From assembly GCA_965227095.1 (NCBI GenBank), contig CBDDFL010000002.1, positions 1,235,025-1,299,024 on the forward strand: a DNA stretch of 64,000 nucleotides, read 5' to 3'. The notes below the pieces were generated by a model. The model did no database searches. It was not told where the DNA came from and saw only the letters and a program-made list of their open reading frames with translations. The translations under genes and the position numbers were made by a program. This document shows, in pieces, positions 9,607-20,306 of this stretch (position 1 is the stretch's first letter; the number at the start of each line of letters is the position of its first letter). This DNA comes from Alphaproteobacteria bacterium. GTDB taxonomy: Bacteria > Pseudomonadota > Alphaproteobacteria > JANQMY01.

Positions 9607-10527
9607 TCAAGCCAGGATCGCCAGGGCTTCTTGAAGCACATCCATTTCACGCAAGACCGACTCGCGGCCTAAGCGGATCATTTCGTCTGCCCGATCAAAA
9701 CCCAGCAGGCTGATATGCCCCACGCGTGGGGTGATCAGCACGTCCGGCGGGTCGCCAGCCATGCGGGACCGCGACAAGCGATCCATCACAATGTTCAGCG
9801 CCCCCAACATGATGGTGCCGACGCCAGGGGCATCTTTGCTAGCGCCAAAAAGTTGCCGCATGATCATACGGTCGGGGCGCAAGGTCGAGTTTAGGTCGCT
9901 TCGTGAAGGGCCGCCATTGCCGTTGCCTTGGGTGTCGTCCAGGGAAAATGCTTCGTCTAAAGATGATTTTCCGAAAGTATCAGCGTTCAAACTAACGGCG
10001 ATCACCAATCGGGCGCCCATTGCGCGGCAAACGGAGGCCGGGACGGGGTTGACCAGCGCGCCATCGATAAGCCAGCGGCCTCCGATTTTCACCGGCGAAA
10101 AAACACCCGGCAAGGCATAGGACGCTCGGATGGCATCGACCAGAGATCCGTCGCGAATCCAAATTTCATGGCCGGTGGCCAGTTCAGCCGTTACCGCCAC
10201 AAACTGGCGGTCTAGATCCTCTATCTGCGTTGTGCCCAAATAGTCAGAGGTGAGTTTGTTCAAGCGCTGGCCCGTGAGGAAACTGCTGCCGCCGAAACGG
10301 AAATCCAGATAGCCCAGCATGCGCCGTTTGGTGAGGCCGCGTGCCCAATCTTCCAGCGTGTCCAGATGTCCCGCAAGATAAGCCCCGCCGGCCAATGCTC
10401 CAACGGACGTGCCACACACAATGTCGGGTTCGATACCGATTTCTTTAAGGGCTCGCAACACGCCAATATGCGCCCACCCGCGGGCTACTCCGCCCCCTAA
10501 TGCAAGTCCGATTTTTGGCCGCGACAT
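9607..10527 (-). CDS. Patatin-like phospholipase (RssA-like)
   Basis: Oxyanion GGGVARG motif and GTSVG nucleophile elbow (GxSxG). DGA/DGG aspartate motif present. Confidence 0.85.
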   Translation of the reverse strand: MSRPKIGLALGGGVARGWAHIGVLRALKEIGIEPDIVCGTSVGALAGGAYLAGHLDTLEDWARGLTKRRMLGYLDFRFGGSSFLTGQRLNKLTSDYLGTTQIEDLDRQFVAVTAELATGHEIWIRDGSLVDAIRASYALPGVFSPVKIGGRWLIDGALVNPVPASVCRAMGARLVIAVSLNADTFGKSSLDEAFSLDDTQGNGNGGPSRSDLNSTLRPDRMIMRQLFGASKDAPGVGTIMLGALNIVMDRLSRSRMAGDPPDVLITPRVGHISLLGFDRADEMIRLGRESVLREMDVLQEALAILA

Positions 10528-10692
10528 GATCGGAATTCCAAAACGACTTTCTTTATGCCTTGCGGCATGCTGCTATTGATTAATAGCGTAGAGGAAACAA
10601 GTTAATGATCGCCTGTCTCGCGCAGCGGGATCTCGGTCGGATGAAAAACAAAGCGTTAACGAAAAACAGAAGTTCATAAAGGGAAGAAAACC

Positions 10693-11874
10693 ATGCCAGG
10701 GCCACTTGCCGGCGTTCGCGTCGTAGATCTCACCGCCATTATCTCAGGCCCCATGGCCACCCAGATCATGGGCGACCAAGGCGCCGATGTGATTAAAGTC
10801 GAGCCGTTGGGCATTGGCGATATGATGCGCTATTTGGGGGCGCAGCGAAACGGCGTCGGGGCGTTGTTTTCGGTGACCAACCGCAGCAAGCGGTCCGTCG
10901 CGCTCGATCTTAAGAATGACGACGGCAAAGCTCTGCTGACGGAACTTGTAAAAAGCGCTGACGTTTTTGTGCAAAATTTTCGCCCCGGCGCCATTGGGCG
11001 GATGGGCTTTGGCTATGAAGATGTCAAAAAACTGAACCCTGATGTTATCTTTGTGTCCATCAGCGGCTTTGGTCAGGACGGTCCCTATGCGGGGCAGCGT
11101 GTTTATGATGCCATTATTCAGGCTACCGCCGGCTTTGCGGATACGCAGACCGATCCGGAAACGGGCAAGCCGACCCTCTATAAAACGCTGGTATGTGACA
11201 AAGTCACCGCGTTGACGGTGTCTCAGGCGATTACGTCGGCTTTATTCGCGCGGGCTAACGGCCAGGGCGGCCAGCATCTGAAGATCAACATGCTGGATGC
11301 GTCCATCGCCTTCCTGTGGCCGGATGCCATGTACAACCATACATTTCTGGAAGATTTTGAGCGCACGTCGGACTTTTCCGATTTTTACAAGATCGGTGTC
11401 ACCAAGGATGGCTTTGTGTCGTCGTCTGCATTGTCCGATGCGGAGTTCCAATCCCTCTGCCGTGCCCTTGACCGCCCCGACTTGGCCGAAGATCCTAAAA
11501 TGGCGACCATGCAGGCGCGCATTCAGAATGCGGATCTGATGCAGTCAACCTTTGAAGACGCCATGGCTCAAATGACCACGGATTATCTGGTCAAGCGCAT
11601 GCACGAAGAAGACGTGCCTGGCGCCCGCGTAAACAAGCGCGAAGAAATCGTCAAAGATCCACAAGTGATCAACAACGGGATTGTGGTGGAGACGACTCAT
11701 CCGGTAGCCGGAAAAATGCAAGAACCGCGGCCCGCGCCGGATTTTGGCGCCACCCCCGCCGAAATTCGCCGTCCATCGCCGACACTCGGTCAGCATACAG
11801 AAGAAGTTCTGATCGAACTGGGACTGCCTGCCGACCGTATCAGCAAGCTCCGCGAGGCCAATGTAATTAACTAA
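10693..11874 (+). CDS. CoA-transferase family III (CaiB/BaiF) protein
   Basis: LAGVRVVDLTAIISGPMATQIMGDQGADVIKVEP N-terminal signature of family III CoA-transferases. Confidence 0.9.
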   Translation: MPGPLAGVRVVDLTAIISGPMATQIMGDQGADVIKVEPLGIGDMMRYLGAQRNGVGALFSVTNRSKRSVALDLKNDDGKALLTELVKSADVFVQNFRPGAIGRMGFGYEDVKKLNPDVIFVSISGFGQDGPYAGQRVYDAIIQATAGFADTQTDPETGKPTLYKTLVCDKVTALTVSQAITSALFARANGQGGQHLKINMLDASIAFLWPDAMYNHTFLEDFERTSDFSDFYKIGVTKDGFVSSSALSDAEFQSLCRALDRPDLAEDPKMATMQARIQNADLMQSTFEDAMAQMTTDYLVKRMHEEDVPGARVNKREEIVKDPQVINNGIVVETTHPVAGKMQEPRPAPDFGATPAEIRRPSPTLGQHTEEVLIELGLPADRISKLREANVIN

Positions 11875-13070
11875 AGGCCAAGTACAGCCTTCGCCATGAT
11901 GTTGCGCTGAATCTCGTTCGAGCCGCCATAAATTGTGGAAGCGCGGAAATTGAGATAGCGCGGCATCGGTGTCAGTGCATGGTCCGGTCCGATCAGGTCC
12001 ACATTTGCGTTGGGATGACGCGCGGCCTTTTGATCGGGAGACGCATAAAACCCAATCGCTTCGACCCCGAGTTCCAAGAGTTTTTGTCCCGTTTCGGTTC
12101 CGTTCGTTTTCAGAATGGACGAGGCGGGGCCTGGGTTCTGGCCTTGCGACAGTTCCGACATGATCCGGTGTTCGGTAAACTTTAATGAGGTGATCTGGAT
12201 TTCAAGCTCGGTGAGTTTGCGGGTGAAATCAGGATCTGATTTGAGTGTTGTGCCATCTTGCCGTTCTTGTTCGGACATGGATTTCACTTTGTCGAGCGAC
12301 ACTTCCAGTCCCGCGGCATAGGACCCACCGCGCTCAAATTCCAGCAAATATTTCGCCACCGTCCAACCATCATTTTCATCGCCCAGGCGATTGGTTTTGG
12401 GAACGCGGACATCATCGAAAAACACTTGGTTCACTTCATGGTCGCCCGCCATGGTGATGATCGGTTCGACGGTGATGCCGGGCGTGTCCATGTCCATCAG
12501 CAGAAAGGTAATGCCTTGTTGCGGCTTGCCGCTGCCATCGGTGCGTACCAAACAGAAGATGCGGTTCGCGAATTGCGCGTGGGTGGTCCAAATTTTCGTC
12601 CCGTTAAGGACGTAATGATCGCCGTCAGAGTCTGCCTTGCATTGCAATGAGGCAAGGTCCGACCCAGATCCGGGTTCGGAATATCCCTGACACCAATAGT
12701 CGTCGCCAGACAGAATGCGGGGCAGGTAAAAATCTTTCTGCTCTTTCGTGCCATATTTCATAATCACGGGACCGGCCATCCGCAGTCCCATAGCGGACAG
12801 GGTGGGCGCCTGAGCACGCACCAATTCGGACGAAAAGATGTACCGTTGCATATCGGTCCATCCGGTGCCGCCATATTCTTCCGGCCAGGACGGGGCGACC
12901 CATCCTTTTTTGTGGAGGATTTTTTGCCACGCCAGATTGATCGGCGCATCGTCAAAAACACCCGCATTGATGCGCGAGGCATGTTTCAATTCGTCTGTCA
13001 GGTTTTCCTCAAGGAAGTGGCGAACCTCTTCCCGAAAGGCTTCGTCTTTCGGGTTTAAAGACAAGTCCAT
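11871..13070 (-). CDS. Acyl-CoA dehydrogenase family protein
   Basis: ACAD N-, middle- and C-domain motifs (YGGTGWTD, GSEPGSGSD, C-terminal IYGGSNEIQRNIMAK). GGGAGG SD. Confidence 0.9.
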   Translation of the reverse strand: MDLSLNPKDEAFREEVRHFLEENLTDELKHASRINAGVFDDAPINLAWQKILHKKGWVAPSWPEEYGGTGWTDMQRYIFSSELVRAQAPTLSAMGLRMAGPVIMKYGTKEQKDFYLPRILSGDDYWCQGYSEPGSGSDLASLQCKADSDGDHYVLNGTKIWTTHAQFANRIFCLVRTDGSGKPQQGITFLLMDMDTPGITVEPIITMAGDHEVNQVFFDDVRVPKTNRLGDENDGWTVAKYLLEFERGGSYAAGLEVSLDKVKSMSEQERQDGTTLKSDPDFTRKLTELEIQITSLKFTEHRIMSELSQGQNPGPASSILKTNGTETGQKLLELGVEAIGFYASPDQKAARHPNANVDLIGPDHALTPMPRYLNFRASTIYGGSNEIQRNIMAKAVLGL

Positions 13071-13219
13071 GATTTCCTCCCTTAAAGGTATAACGTGCCT
13101 GCGTGCTGTTTTAGTTATTGGTGAAAACAGCCAGAATTCTGCATTCGGTTTGTAAAAAATATTGCCAGACCTGCGTTTCTAAGACAAGAACGACGTAGGC
13201 TGAAGTTTAGAAGGGACTT

Positions 13220-13603
13220 ATGAGCGGTCCGACCGATTTCAAGAAAGTCTGTAACGTGTCCGATATCGAGGAAGGAGAATATAACTCCTTTGTCGTCGAG
13301 GGCCGCGCGATCCTTCTGTGTAAGTGGCAGGGAAATTTCTACGCCATAGAAGACGAATGCAGCCACGCGATGAATCCGTTGTGTGGCGGCCGAATGCGCC
13401 GGGGGACGATTGTGTGCCCGCTTCATGGCGCGCGTTTCAATATTAAAACAGGTGCGGCGGAAGGGGCACCCGCCACATTGCCCATCGACACTTTTGAGGT
13501 AAGAACGGACGGTCAATCGGTTTCCGTTGCTGTGACGCAAAAGCGCGCGCGGGGTGGAATGATTGTCCCGCCGGGAACTTTGCCAACGTCATCGTCGGCC
13601 TAA
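13220..13603 (+). CDS. Rieske [2Fe-2S] ferredoxin-like protein
   Basis: CSH...C and CPLHGARF (CxH-Xn-CxxH) Rieske cluster ligands. Confidence 0.8.
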   Translation: MSGPTDFKKVCNVSDIEEGEYNSFVVEGRAILLCKWQGNFYAIEDECSHAMNPLCGGRMRRGTIVCPLHGARFNIKTGAAEGAPATLPIDTFEVRTDGQSVSVAVTQKRARGGMIVPPGTLPTSSSA

Positions 13604-13697
13604 CGTGAATTCGCTAGCCAGCTTCGATGTGTGCTGATAGCTTTTTTAAAAACAACATTGCGCAAGTTGCGCATCATTCACCAACAGGGAGGATCAA

Positions 13698-14456
13698 ATG
13701 GATCTTGGACTAAAAGGAAAGAAAGCCATCGTCACCGGCGGTACGCGAGGCATTGGCCGGGCAATTGCCGAACGGCTTTCCGATGAAGGTGCTGACATTG
13801 CAATTTGTGCACGAAATGCCGGTCAGGTTGAAGAAGCTGTGAGCGCTTTCAAAGCAAAAGGTGTCAACGCAACGGGTGCGGCGGTTGATGTCATGGACGG
13901 CGATGCGCTCAAATCTTGGGTGACAAGCGCAACACAGGAATTGGGCGGCTTAGATATTCTGGTTCCGAACGTTTCAGGTGGTGGCGGCGGTGCCGACGAA
14001 AAAGCCTGGGAAGCCAATTTCCAAGGTGATGTCATGGGAACCGTGCGCAGTATTGAAGCGGGCCTTCCCGCATTGCAGGACGGTGGAGGGTCAATTGTCA
14101 TAATCTCCACAACGGCTGCGGTCGAATGTTTCGGTGGCGGCGGATCTTACGGGGCGCTCAAAGCCGGTCTTGTGAACTACGCGAAAAACCTGAGCAATAA
14201 CTTGGCGCCTGCAAATGTCCGGGTGAATTGTGTGTCACCCGGTCCGATTTTCATCGAAGGCGGTGCTTGGAATTTCATCAAAGACAATATGAATGAGTTT
14301 TACTCGGCGACCTTATCCCAAATTCCAATGGGTCGTATGGGGGCCGCGGAAGATGTGGCCAATGCGGTGGCATTTTTGGCAAGCCCGGCCTCTAGTTTCA
14401 CGACCGGCGCTAATTTGATTGTGGACGGCGGCTTTACGAAGGGCGTTCAGTACTAA
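13698..14456 (+). CDS. SDR family oxidoreductase
   Basis: TGGTRGIGRAIA Rossmann motif and YGALK catalytic YxxxK. Confidence 0.9.
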   Translation: MDLGLKGKKAIVTGGTRGIGRAIAERLSDEGADIAICARNAGQVEEAVSAFKAKGVNATGAAVDVMDGDALKSWVTSATQELGGLDILVPNVSGGGGGADEKAWEANFQGDVMGTVRSIEAGLPALQDGGGSIVIISTTAAVECFGGGGSYGALKAGLVNYAKNLSNNLAPANVRVNCVSPGPIFIEGGAWNFIKDNMNEFYSATLSQIPMGRMGAAEDVANAVAFLASPASSFTTGANLIVDGGFTKGVQY

Positions 14457-14542
14457 GCCCACCGCATGACATCACGCTTAAGGCCGAGCGGTGCGTCAAC
14501 GGCACCACCGCTCGGCACATCAAACAAATCAGGTGCGAAAAG

Positions 14543-15316
14543 ATGAGCGGTAAGATCACAGCGTATCTCGTTGTAGGGGGCAAGTACCACGACATGGACT
14601 TTGCCCGGCTGGAACTATTGAAACTTCTTGCCGAGAACGAGCGAATCCGCACGATCGTCGCGCCTGACTACAATGACATTGACGGCATTCGAGAGGCTGA
14701 TTTCCTAATCACCTACACCTGCGATGTAACCCCACCGCAGGACATTCAACTAGCGCTGAAAGACTATGTGTCCACCGGCAAGACATGGTTTGCTTTACAT
14801 GGCACGAATTCCATTTTGCGCTTTCTTGAAGACGGCAGCGTAAGCAGCCCCCGGGAGGCGCCTGTTCTGATGGAAACGTTAGGCAGTCAGTTTATTGCTC
14901 ATCCACCGATCGAACCATATACGGTGACCGTATCGGACCCCGACCACCCTCTCGTGAAAGGCGTTGAACCGTTTGAAGCAACCGACGAGCTATATCTTTG
15001 TGATTATCATGGGGATCTTCATGCCTTGTTGGAAACTGAATTCAACGGAAAAGCGCCTGGCTTTGTGGATGAAGATTGGTCAGACAATGAGAAGCGGCTA
15101 GTCTATTACACGCATTCGGTCGGTCAGGGGGAAGTATTGTATCTAACGTTAGGTCATTGCCGGGGCCATTACGACATGGTGCCGGTGACAGACTATTACC
15201 CTGAAATTGAGAGGTGTTCCTGGGAACTGCCGGTGTTCTACGATCTGCTTCGCCGCGGTATCAAATGGGCTGCTGATGGGGTCGATAAAACGCGCGGCGC
15301 CGCATCTGCCGAGTAA
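14543..15316 (+). CDS. ThuA-like (class I glutamine-amidotransferase-like fold) protein
   Basis: Pattern GGKYHD ... ADFLITYT ... GKTWFALHG resembles the ThuA GFRHD / DVVVF / GGGFVGIH layout. Confidence 0.5.
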   Translation: MSGKITAYLVVGGKYHDMDFARLELLKLLAENERIRTIVAPDYNDIDGIREADFLITYTCDVTPPQDIQLALKDYVSTGKTWFALHGTNSILRFLEDGSVSSPREAPVLMETLGSQFIAHPPIEPYTVTVSDPDHPLVKGVEPFEATDELYLCDYHGDLHALLETEFNGKAPGFVDEDWSDNEKRLVYYTHSVGQGEVLYLTLGHCRGHYDMVPVTDYYPEIERCSWELPVFYDLLRRGIKWAADGVDKTRGAASAE

Positions 15317-15436
15317 CCGAATCGTCAGGCTTGCTGACCATTATTCCGCAGTCGGAATTTTTGCAATAATTGATCCGGTCTTGAAAAACTAACATGGGTG
15401 TTCCGCCTGTTAAGTGACGCGGCGCGGAATTTTTAA

Positions 15437-15460
15437 CACGTGTGCTAATGTTCATGAACA
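15437..15460. promoter_or_regulatory. Perfect palindromes CACGTG and TGTTCATGAACA upstream of the TonB-dependent receptor (candidate operator)
   Basis: 12-bp perfect palindrome at 15449-15460 inside a 315-bp non-coding leader. Confidence 0.3.
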
Positions 15461-15635
15461 CAACCTGCGGCGTGAATGTCACACTACTGACAAATTGAAA
15501 TTCTCTTCACACTTGCCGTCTTGCGTGTGTTGACTTCACCCCGTCTCAGATCTGGAATATTCCCTAGATCGCGCGTGGTGTTTCCACAGCACGGTTGGAT
15601 ATTTTTTAATTAGCCGTTTCCTGGGGAGGAAACTT

Positions 15636-17981
15636 ATGAAAAAACGTAACACTTATCTTGGGGGCGTGTGCGCAGCCGCCCTTGCCGGTTTCATGTTTGT
15701 GGAGGTCGCGCCCGCGCTCGCCCAAATCGATGAAATCATCGTGTACTCGCGAAAGCGGGAAGAAAGTCTTCAAAGCGTACCGATCGCTGTGACCGCTTTT
15801 GATGAAGCACGAATTGACCAAATCAAACCAAAGACACTTAGGGACTTTGACGGCCTTATTCCGAACGTTCAGATCGGCCAAACCACGGCCGTAGGGCGTG
15901 GTGGTGCCATCTTCTTCCGGGGGCAGGGGTATGCGGACGTTGAAAAGACCCAAAACCCTCCAGTGGGAGTTGTTGTCGATGGTGTTTTCTTCGGTACCAA
16001 CACTGGGCAGCTGGTCGATGCCTTCGACATGGAGAGCATCGAGTTTTTGCGTGGCCCCCAGGGGGTACTTTTTGGGAAGAACACGACGGGTGGCGCCATT
16101 AACGTCCGGCGCAGCCGTCCAACCGGAGAGCTCGGATTTAAAGGGTCAGCTGCATACGGGAACTACCAAACACGCATCTTCAAGGGTGTGTTTAATACGC
16201 CAGTGGTTCAAGACAAACTGGCCCTTAAAGTCGGTGGTACGATCCGAAGAAGCAATGGCTTTTACACCAACATTGTTTCCGGCGATGAAGACGGGGGGAT
16301 CAATTATCGGTCCATGAATGTCGCGCTGAAATGGGATCCGATTCAGGACGTTGAAGTGTTGTTTCAATGGGACCGGCAAATCGACACCAGCAGAATTCAG
16401 CCAAACGACAACTTGTTCTTGGACGGCTTAACGCCTCCGGCGTTCCCGTTAGGGGCTCCTATTCAGTTGAATCCTTTCAATACCGCGGCTGATTTTGTGG
16501 CGCCGATAGACTTTCGGACGGATATCTTGAGTGCGGAAGTGAATTGGGATTCTCCCATCGGTCGGTTTACATCGATTACGGCATATATGGATTCCGAAGA
16601 CCTGGTGTTCCAGGACTTTGATGCCAGTAATGAATCGGTGCCGGTGTTCCCGCTTTTCGAACTCGAAACGATCCGGGATCAAGCCTATCAACAGTTTACG
16701 CAGGAAGTTCGTCTAGATGGCTCCGTTCTTGAGGACCGCCTGGAATATACACTTGGGTTCTACTACTACGAACACGCCATATCGCTTCGACAAGAAACGG
16801 ACAATGTGGGGGCATTGCCACCCGCAATCCTCGGCGCAGGAACATGTGGCACGGTACCCGCGTTGGCCGGCGGCCCCCTTATGTCATTGTTCACCACACC
16901 GTTCGAGCTTTGTCTGACCGGGAATGCGCAGACTTTGCAGCTGAGTGCTGAAGACAATGAAGCTTGGGCTCTGTTTGCGTCACTTTCTTATGCATTGACG
17001 GATCGGATCACCTTGAACGGTGGCATTCGTTACACGGATGAAGACAAATCCTCTCCGGAAAGCGTCTTCACGTTGGTGTCTGGCTTTAGTCCGGCAGGGG
17101 CATCCCAGACAAACCCAGCAGCGTCACAGTCAATCTCGAATACGACTTACAAAGTTGGGATTGAATACCAGCATAATGATGACCTGCTTGGTTACTTCAA
17201 CTATACCAATGGCGGTTTCCGCAGTGGGGGCATCAGTATTCGTGCGGTTATTCCCGAGCACCAGGTCTACAGCCCAGAATTCGTCAACAGTTTCGAGGGC
17301 GGCTTTAAGTCGGAGTGGTTTGACAATAGAGTCCGCTTCAATGCGGCGGGTTTCTTTACCCGCGTAAGTGACGAGCAATTTACATCCGTAATCTTCGATC
17401 CGGTGGCGTTCCTACCCGGCACCAGTACTCTTGTAAACAATGTGGATGAAGTTCGCCTGTGGGGGGCTGAAGCCGAAGGTACCGCGCAGGTGCATGACTA
17501 CGTGACACTTCGCGGGTCATTCGGTTGGCTCGATTACATGCGCGAAGGGACGTTGCCGTGTGCCCGAGTTGCTACCGCTGCGACCTGTGCCATGACGGCC
17601 AATGCTCCTGTGGTGCTTGATGGAACAAACCGCACCCGCTCGCCCAGGTTTACCTATGCCCTGGGTGGTGTGGTCAGCTTTCCCATGGGACCTGGAACGC
17701 TTACTGGATCGCTCGACTACAAGTTTATCGATGATCATTTTGTCGTAACAGCGGCAACAGGTGGCGAGGAGATTGAGCAGAAGGGGTATGGCCTATTTGA
17801 CATGGCCGTTACTTACGATTGGGAATTCAACGGCGTCGAGTTTGGCGCGTCTGTCATTGGCAAGAACCTGTCCAATGAAGTCTATCTCGTGAATGCCCTG
17901 TCGGGCGGTTTCCCCGGCACAGGCTTTGGCGGTTTTGGAGATCCCAGAACAATCCTCGGTGAGGTTTCTGTACGGTTTTAA
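15636..17981 (+). CDS. TonB-dependent receptor
   Basis: Signal peptide, TonB-box-like DEIIVYS, plug and beta-barrel length, terminal aromatic (VRF). GGGGAGG SD. Confidence 0.9.
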   Translation: MKKRNTYLGGVCAAALAGFMFVEVAPALAQIDEIIVYSRKREESLQSVPIAVTAFDEARIDQIKPKTLRDFDGLIPNVQIGQTTAVGRGGAIFFRGQGYADVEKTQNPPVGVVVDGVFFGTNTGQLVDAFDMESIEFLRGPQGVLFGKNTTGGAINVRRSRPTGELGFKGSAAYGNYQTRIFKGVFNTPVVQDKLALKVGGTIRRSNGFYTNIVSGDEDGGINYRSMNVALKWDPIQDVEVLFQWDRQIDTSRIQPNDNLFLDGLTPPAFPLGAPIQLNPFNTAADFVAPIDFRTDILSAEVNWDSPIGRFTSITAYMDSEDLVFQDFDASNESVPVFPLFELETIRDQAYQQFTQEVRLDGSVLEDRLEYTLGFYYYEHAISLRQETDNVGALPPAILGAGTCGTVPALAGGPLMSLFTTPFELCLTGNAQTLQLSAEDNEAWALFASLSYALTDRITLNGGIRYTDEDKSSPESVFTLVSGFSPAGASQTNPAASQSISNTTYKVGIEYQHNDDLLGYFNYTNGGFRSGGISIRAVIPEHQVYSPEFVNSFEGGFKSEWFDNRVRFNAAGFFTRVSDEQFTSVIFDPVAFLPGTSTLVNNVDEVRLWGAEAEGTAQVHDYVTLRGSFGWLDYMREGTLPCARVATAATCAMTANAPVVLDGTNRTRSPRFTYALGGVVSFPMGPGTLTGSLDYKFIDDHFVVTAATGGEEIEQKGYGLFDMAVTYDWEFNGVEFGASVIGKNLSNEVYLVNALSGGFPGTGFGGFGDPRTILGEVSVRF

Positions 17982-18009
17982 TTCTCTCCAAGTATTAAAA
18001 CGTGACGAA

Positions 18010-18044
18010 GCAGCCGGTCCCATGGGCCGGCTGTTTTGCGTTTA
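18010..18044 (+). terminator. Rho-independent terminator after TonB-dependent receptor
   Basis: GC-rich stem AGCCGG...CCGGCT followed by TGTTTTGCGTTT. Confidence 0.7.
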
Positions 18045-18250
18045 GGGTACAAATCTGACTTCCGCCTGCATCTCAATGAATTCCAACAACACTGCCGCAT
18101 CGCGTTGCAAAGAAATCGCAAAAAAACAACGGTGTTGCACTTTTCTCTATGCATTGCTGCGCGCGAATGATGTTATTTAAACTAAGAAAAATGCCGCCTG
18201 GGCGCGGTGACAAAGATGTGCCCTCAGGGCCCAACATTGGGAGGAGCGTC

Positions 18251-19222
18251 ATGCAGCTCACGCGTGATGAATTGCTGGAAGCCTATCGCCGGATGAAGCG
18301 CATTCGCGAATTTGAAGAACGCGTCAATGTAGAATTCTACAACGGCAACATTCCGGGCTTTGTGCATCTTTATGCCGGGCAGGAAGCCTCGGGCGTCGGT
18401 ATTTGTCTGCATCTGTCAGATGATGACTATATCGGCTCGACCCATCGTGGCCATGGCCATTGCATCGCCAAGGGTTGCGATGTGGAAGGCATGATGTTGG
18501 AAATCTTCGGCAAGGCTGGCGGCCTGTGCGGGGGCAAGGGCGGCTCCATGCATATCGCTGATCTGGACAAAGGCATGTTGGGCGCGAATGCTATTGTCGG
18601 CGGCAACCCGCCTTTGGTAGTGGGCGCGGCGCTGAGTGCCAAGGTCAACAAGACCGGCGGTGTTGCCGTGTCGTTTACGGGGGACGGCGGCTCTAATCAG
18701 GGAACCACATTTGAATCCCTCAACATGGCCGTGGTGTTGAACCTGCCAGCCATTTTTGTCATCGAAAACAATGGCTATGGCGAAGGAACCGGCGTCGATT
18801 ACGCGGTAGGCACCAAAGATATAGCGGGCCGCGCCGCCGGGTTCGGTATGCCCGCCACCACTGTGGATGGCACCGACTTCTTCGCGGTCCACGAAGCGAT
18901 GCGCGAAGCTGTGGAGCGGGCCAAAGCCGGTCAAGGGCCAAGCGCCATTGTCACCGAAGCCATGCGGTATTTTGGTCATTTCGCGGGGGACCCTGAAATC
19001 TATCGCGCGAAAGATGAAGTCTCCAAATTGCGCGCAGAAAAAGATCCGCTGAACAATTTCCGCAAACGGGTGACGGAAGCCGGTTTGCTGGAAGTCGATC
19101 AACTCGATGCGCTTGACCAGGAAGTTCTGGCTGAAGTGGAAGCGGCAGTGGAAAAGGCGTCCAGCGCGCCTTTCCCCAATGTGGATCAGCTCGAAACCGA
19201 CGTTTACGTGTCATACCCATAA
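18251..19222 (+). CDS. acoA: Acetoin dehydrogenase E1 component alpha subunit (TPP-dependent)
   Basis: E1-alpha TPP-binding motifs (GDGGSNQG, ENNGYG). GGAGGAG SD before the ATG at 18251. Assigned to the aco system because of the AcoC-type E2 downstream. Confidence 0.85.
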   Translation: MQLTRDELLEAYRRMKRIREFEERVNVEFYNGNIPGFVHLYAGQEASGVGICLHLSDDDYIGSTHRGHGHCIAKGCDVEGMMLEIFGKAGGLCGGKGGSMHIADLDKGMLGANAIVGGNPPLVVGAALSAKVNKTGGVAVSFTGDGGSNQGTTFESLNMAVVLNLPAIFVIENNGYGEGTGVDYAVGTKDIAGRAAGFGMPATTVDGTDFFAVHEAMREAVERAKAGQGPSAIVTEAMRYFGHFAGDPEIYRAKDEVSKLRAEKDPLNNFRKRVTEAGLLEVDQLDALDQEVLAEVEAAVEKASSAPFPNVDQLETDVYVSYP

Positions 19223-19237
19223 GCAGGGACCGGAAAC

Positions 19238-20266
19238 ATGCCAAAAAAATCAGTACGCCAAGCAATTAATGAAGCCCTGCGTCAAGAAATGGAGCGGGAC
19301 CCGACCGTGGTGATCATCGGTGAAGACGTGGCCGGCGGCCAAGGTGGGTCCGGCGATGTGGATGCCTATGGCGGCGTCATGGGGGTGACAAAAGGTTTGA
19401 TCGGAACGTTCGGCCCGGATCGCGTCATCGACACGCCCATTTCCGAAAGCGCCATAATGGGGGCGGCAGCCGGCGCGGCCACCACGGGGTTGCGCCCGGT
19501 GGCGGAGCTGATGTTTGTGGATTTCTTGGGCGTTTGCTTCGACCAGATCTTTAATCAGGCGGCAAAGTTCCGCTACATGTTCGGCGGCAAAGCCACAACG
19601 CCGCTGGTGGTGCGCTCCATGATCGGCGCGGGCGTGCGGGCGGCGGCCCAGCATTCCCAATGCTTGCATCCCATGTTCACGCAAGTGCCGGGGTTGAAGG
19701 TGGTCATGCCCACAAACGCCTATGACGCAAAGGGCCTGTTGATCCAGGCCATTCGTGAAGACGACCCGGTCATCTTCCTGGAACACAAAACCCTTTATGA
19801 CATTGAAGATGACGTGCCGGACGAGGCCTATACCATTCCCTTCGGTGAGGCGAACTTCACCCGCGAAGGGGACGACGTGACCATTGTGGGCTTCTCCCGC
19901 ATGGTTCATGTGGCCAACGAAGTGGCCGACAAGCTGGAAGACAAAGGCATCAGCATTGAGGTGATCGACCCGCGCACCACGTCGCCGTTGGATGAAGAGG
20001 CAATTCTTGAATCCGTGGAACGGACGGGCCGGTTGATCGTTGTGGATGAAGCGCCCCCACGCTGCAGCATGGCGGGCGATGTATCTTCTATGGTGGCGGA
20101 AAAAGCCTTCCATGCCCTGAAAGCACCCATCAAGCGGATCACCGCGCCACATACGCCCGTCCCTTTTGCACCCACATTGGAAGATGCCTACATCCCCAAT
20201 GCGGACCGGGTAGAGGCCGCCGTGCATGACGTTATGGAAGCAGGCGGGCGTGCCGCGGCTGAATAA
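19238..20266 (+). CDS. acoB: Acetoin dehydrogenase E1 component beta subunit
   Basis: Transketolase-like pyrimidine-binding and C-terminal domains typical of E1-beta. 15-bp spacing from acoA. Confidence 0.85.
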   Translation: MPKKSVRQAINEALRQEMERDPTVVIIGEDVAGGQGGSGDVDAYGGVMGVTKGLIGTFGPDRVIDTPISESAIMGAAAGAATTGLRPVAELMFVDFLGVCFDQIFNQAAKFRYMFGGKATTPLVVRSMIGAGVRAAAQHSQCLHPMFTQVPGLKVVMPTNAYDAKGLLIQAIREDDPVIFLEHKTLYDIEDDVPDEAYTIPFGEANFTREGDDVTIVGFSRMVHVANEVADKLEDKGISIEVIDPRTTSPLDEEAILESVERTGRLIVVDEAPPRCSMAGDVSSMVAEKAFHALKAPIKRITAPHTPVPFAPTLEDAYIPNADRVEAAVHDVMEAGGRAAAE

Positions 20267-20306
20267 GATCAGCCTACGAAGTAATAGGAAACTGGAGTGA
20301 ACGCGA

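Noticed and set aside
9607-10527. Patatin-like phospholipase as a possible defence-system effector (CBASS-like)
   Set aside because: It is a lone RssA-type housekeeping patatin. No cyclase, sensor or other defence partner is adjacent. The neighbours are CBS and CoA-transferase genes.
18050-18250. Possible sigma54 promoter (TTGCAC...TTGC) upstream of acoA
   Set aside because: Spacing and sequence do not fit GG-N10-GC. No acoR is nearby.
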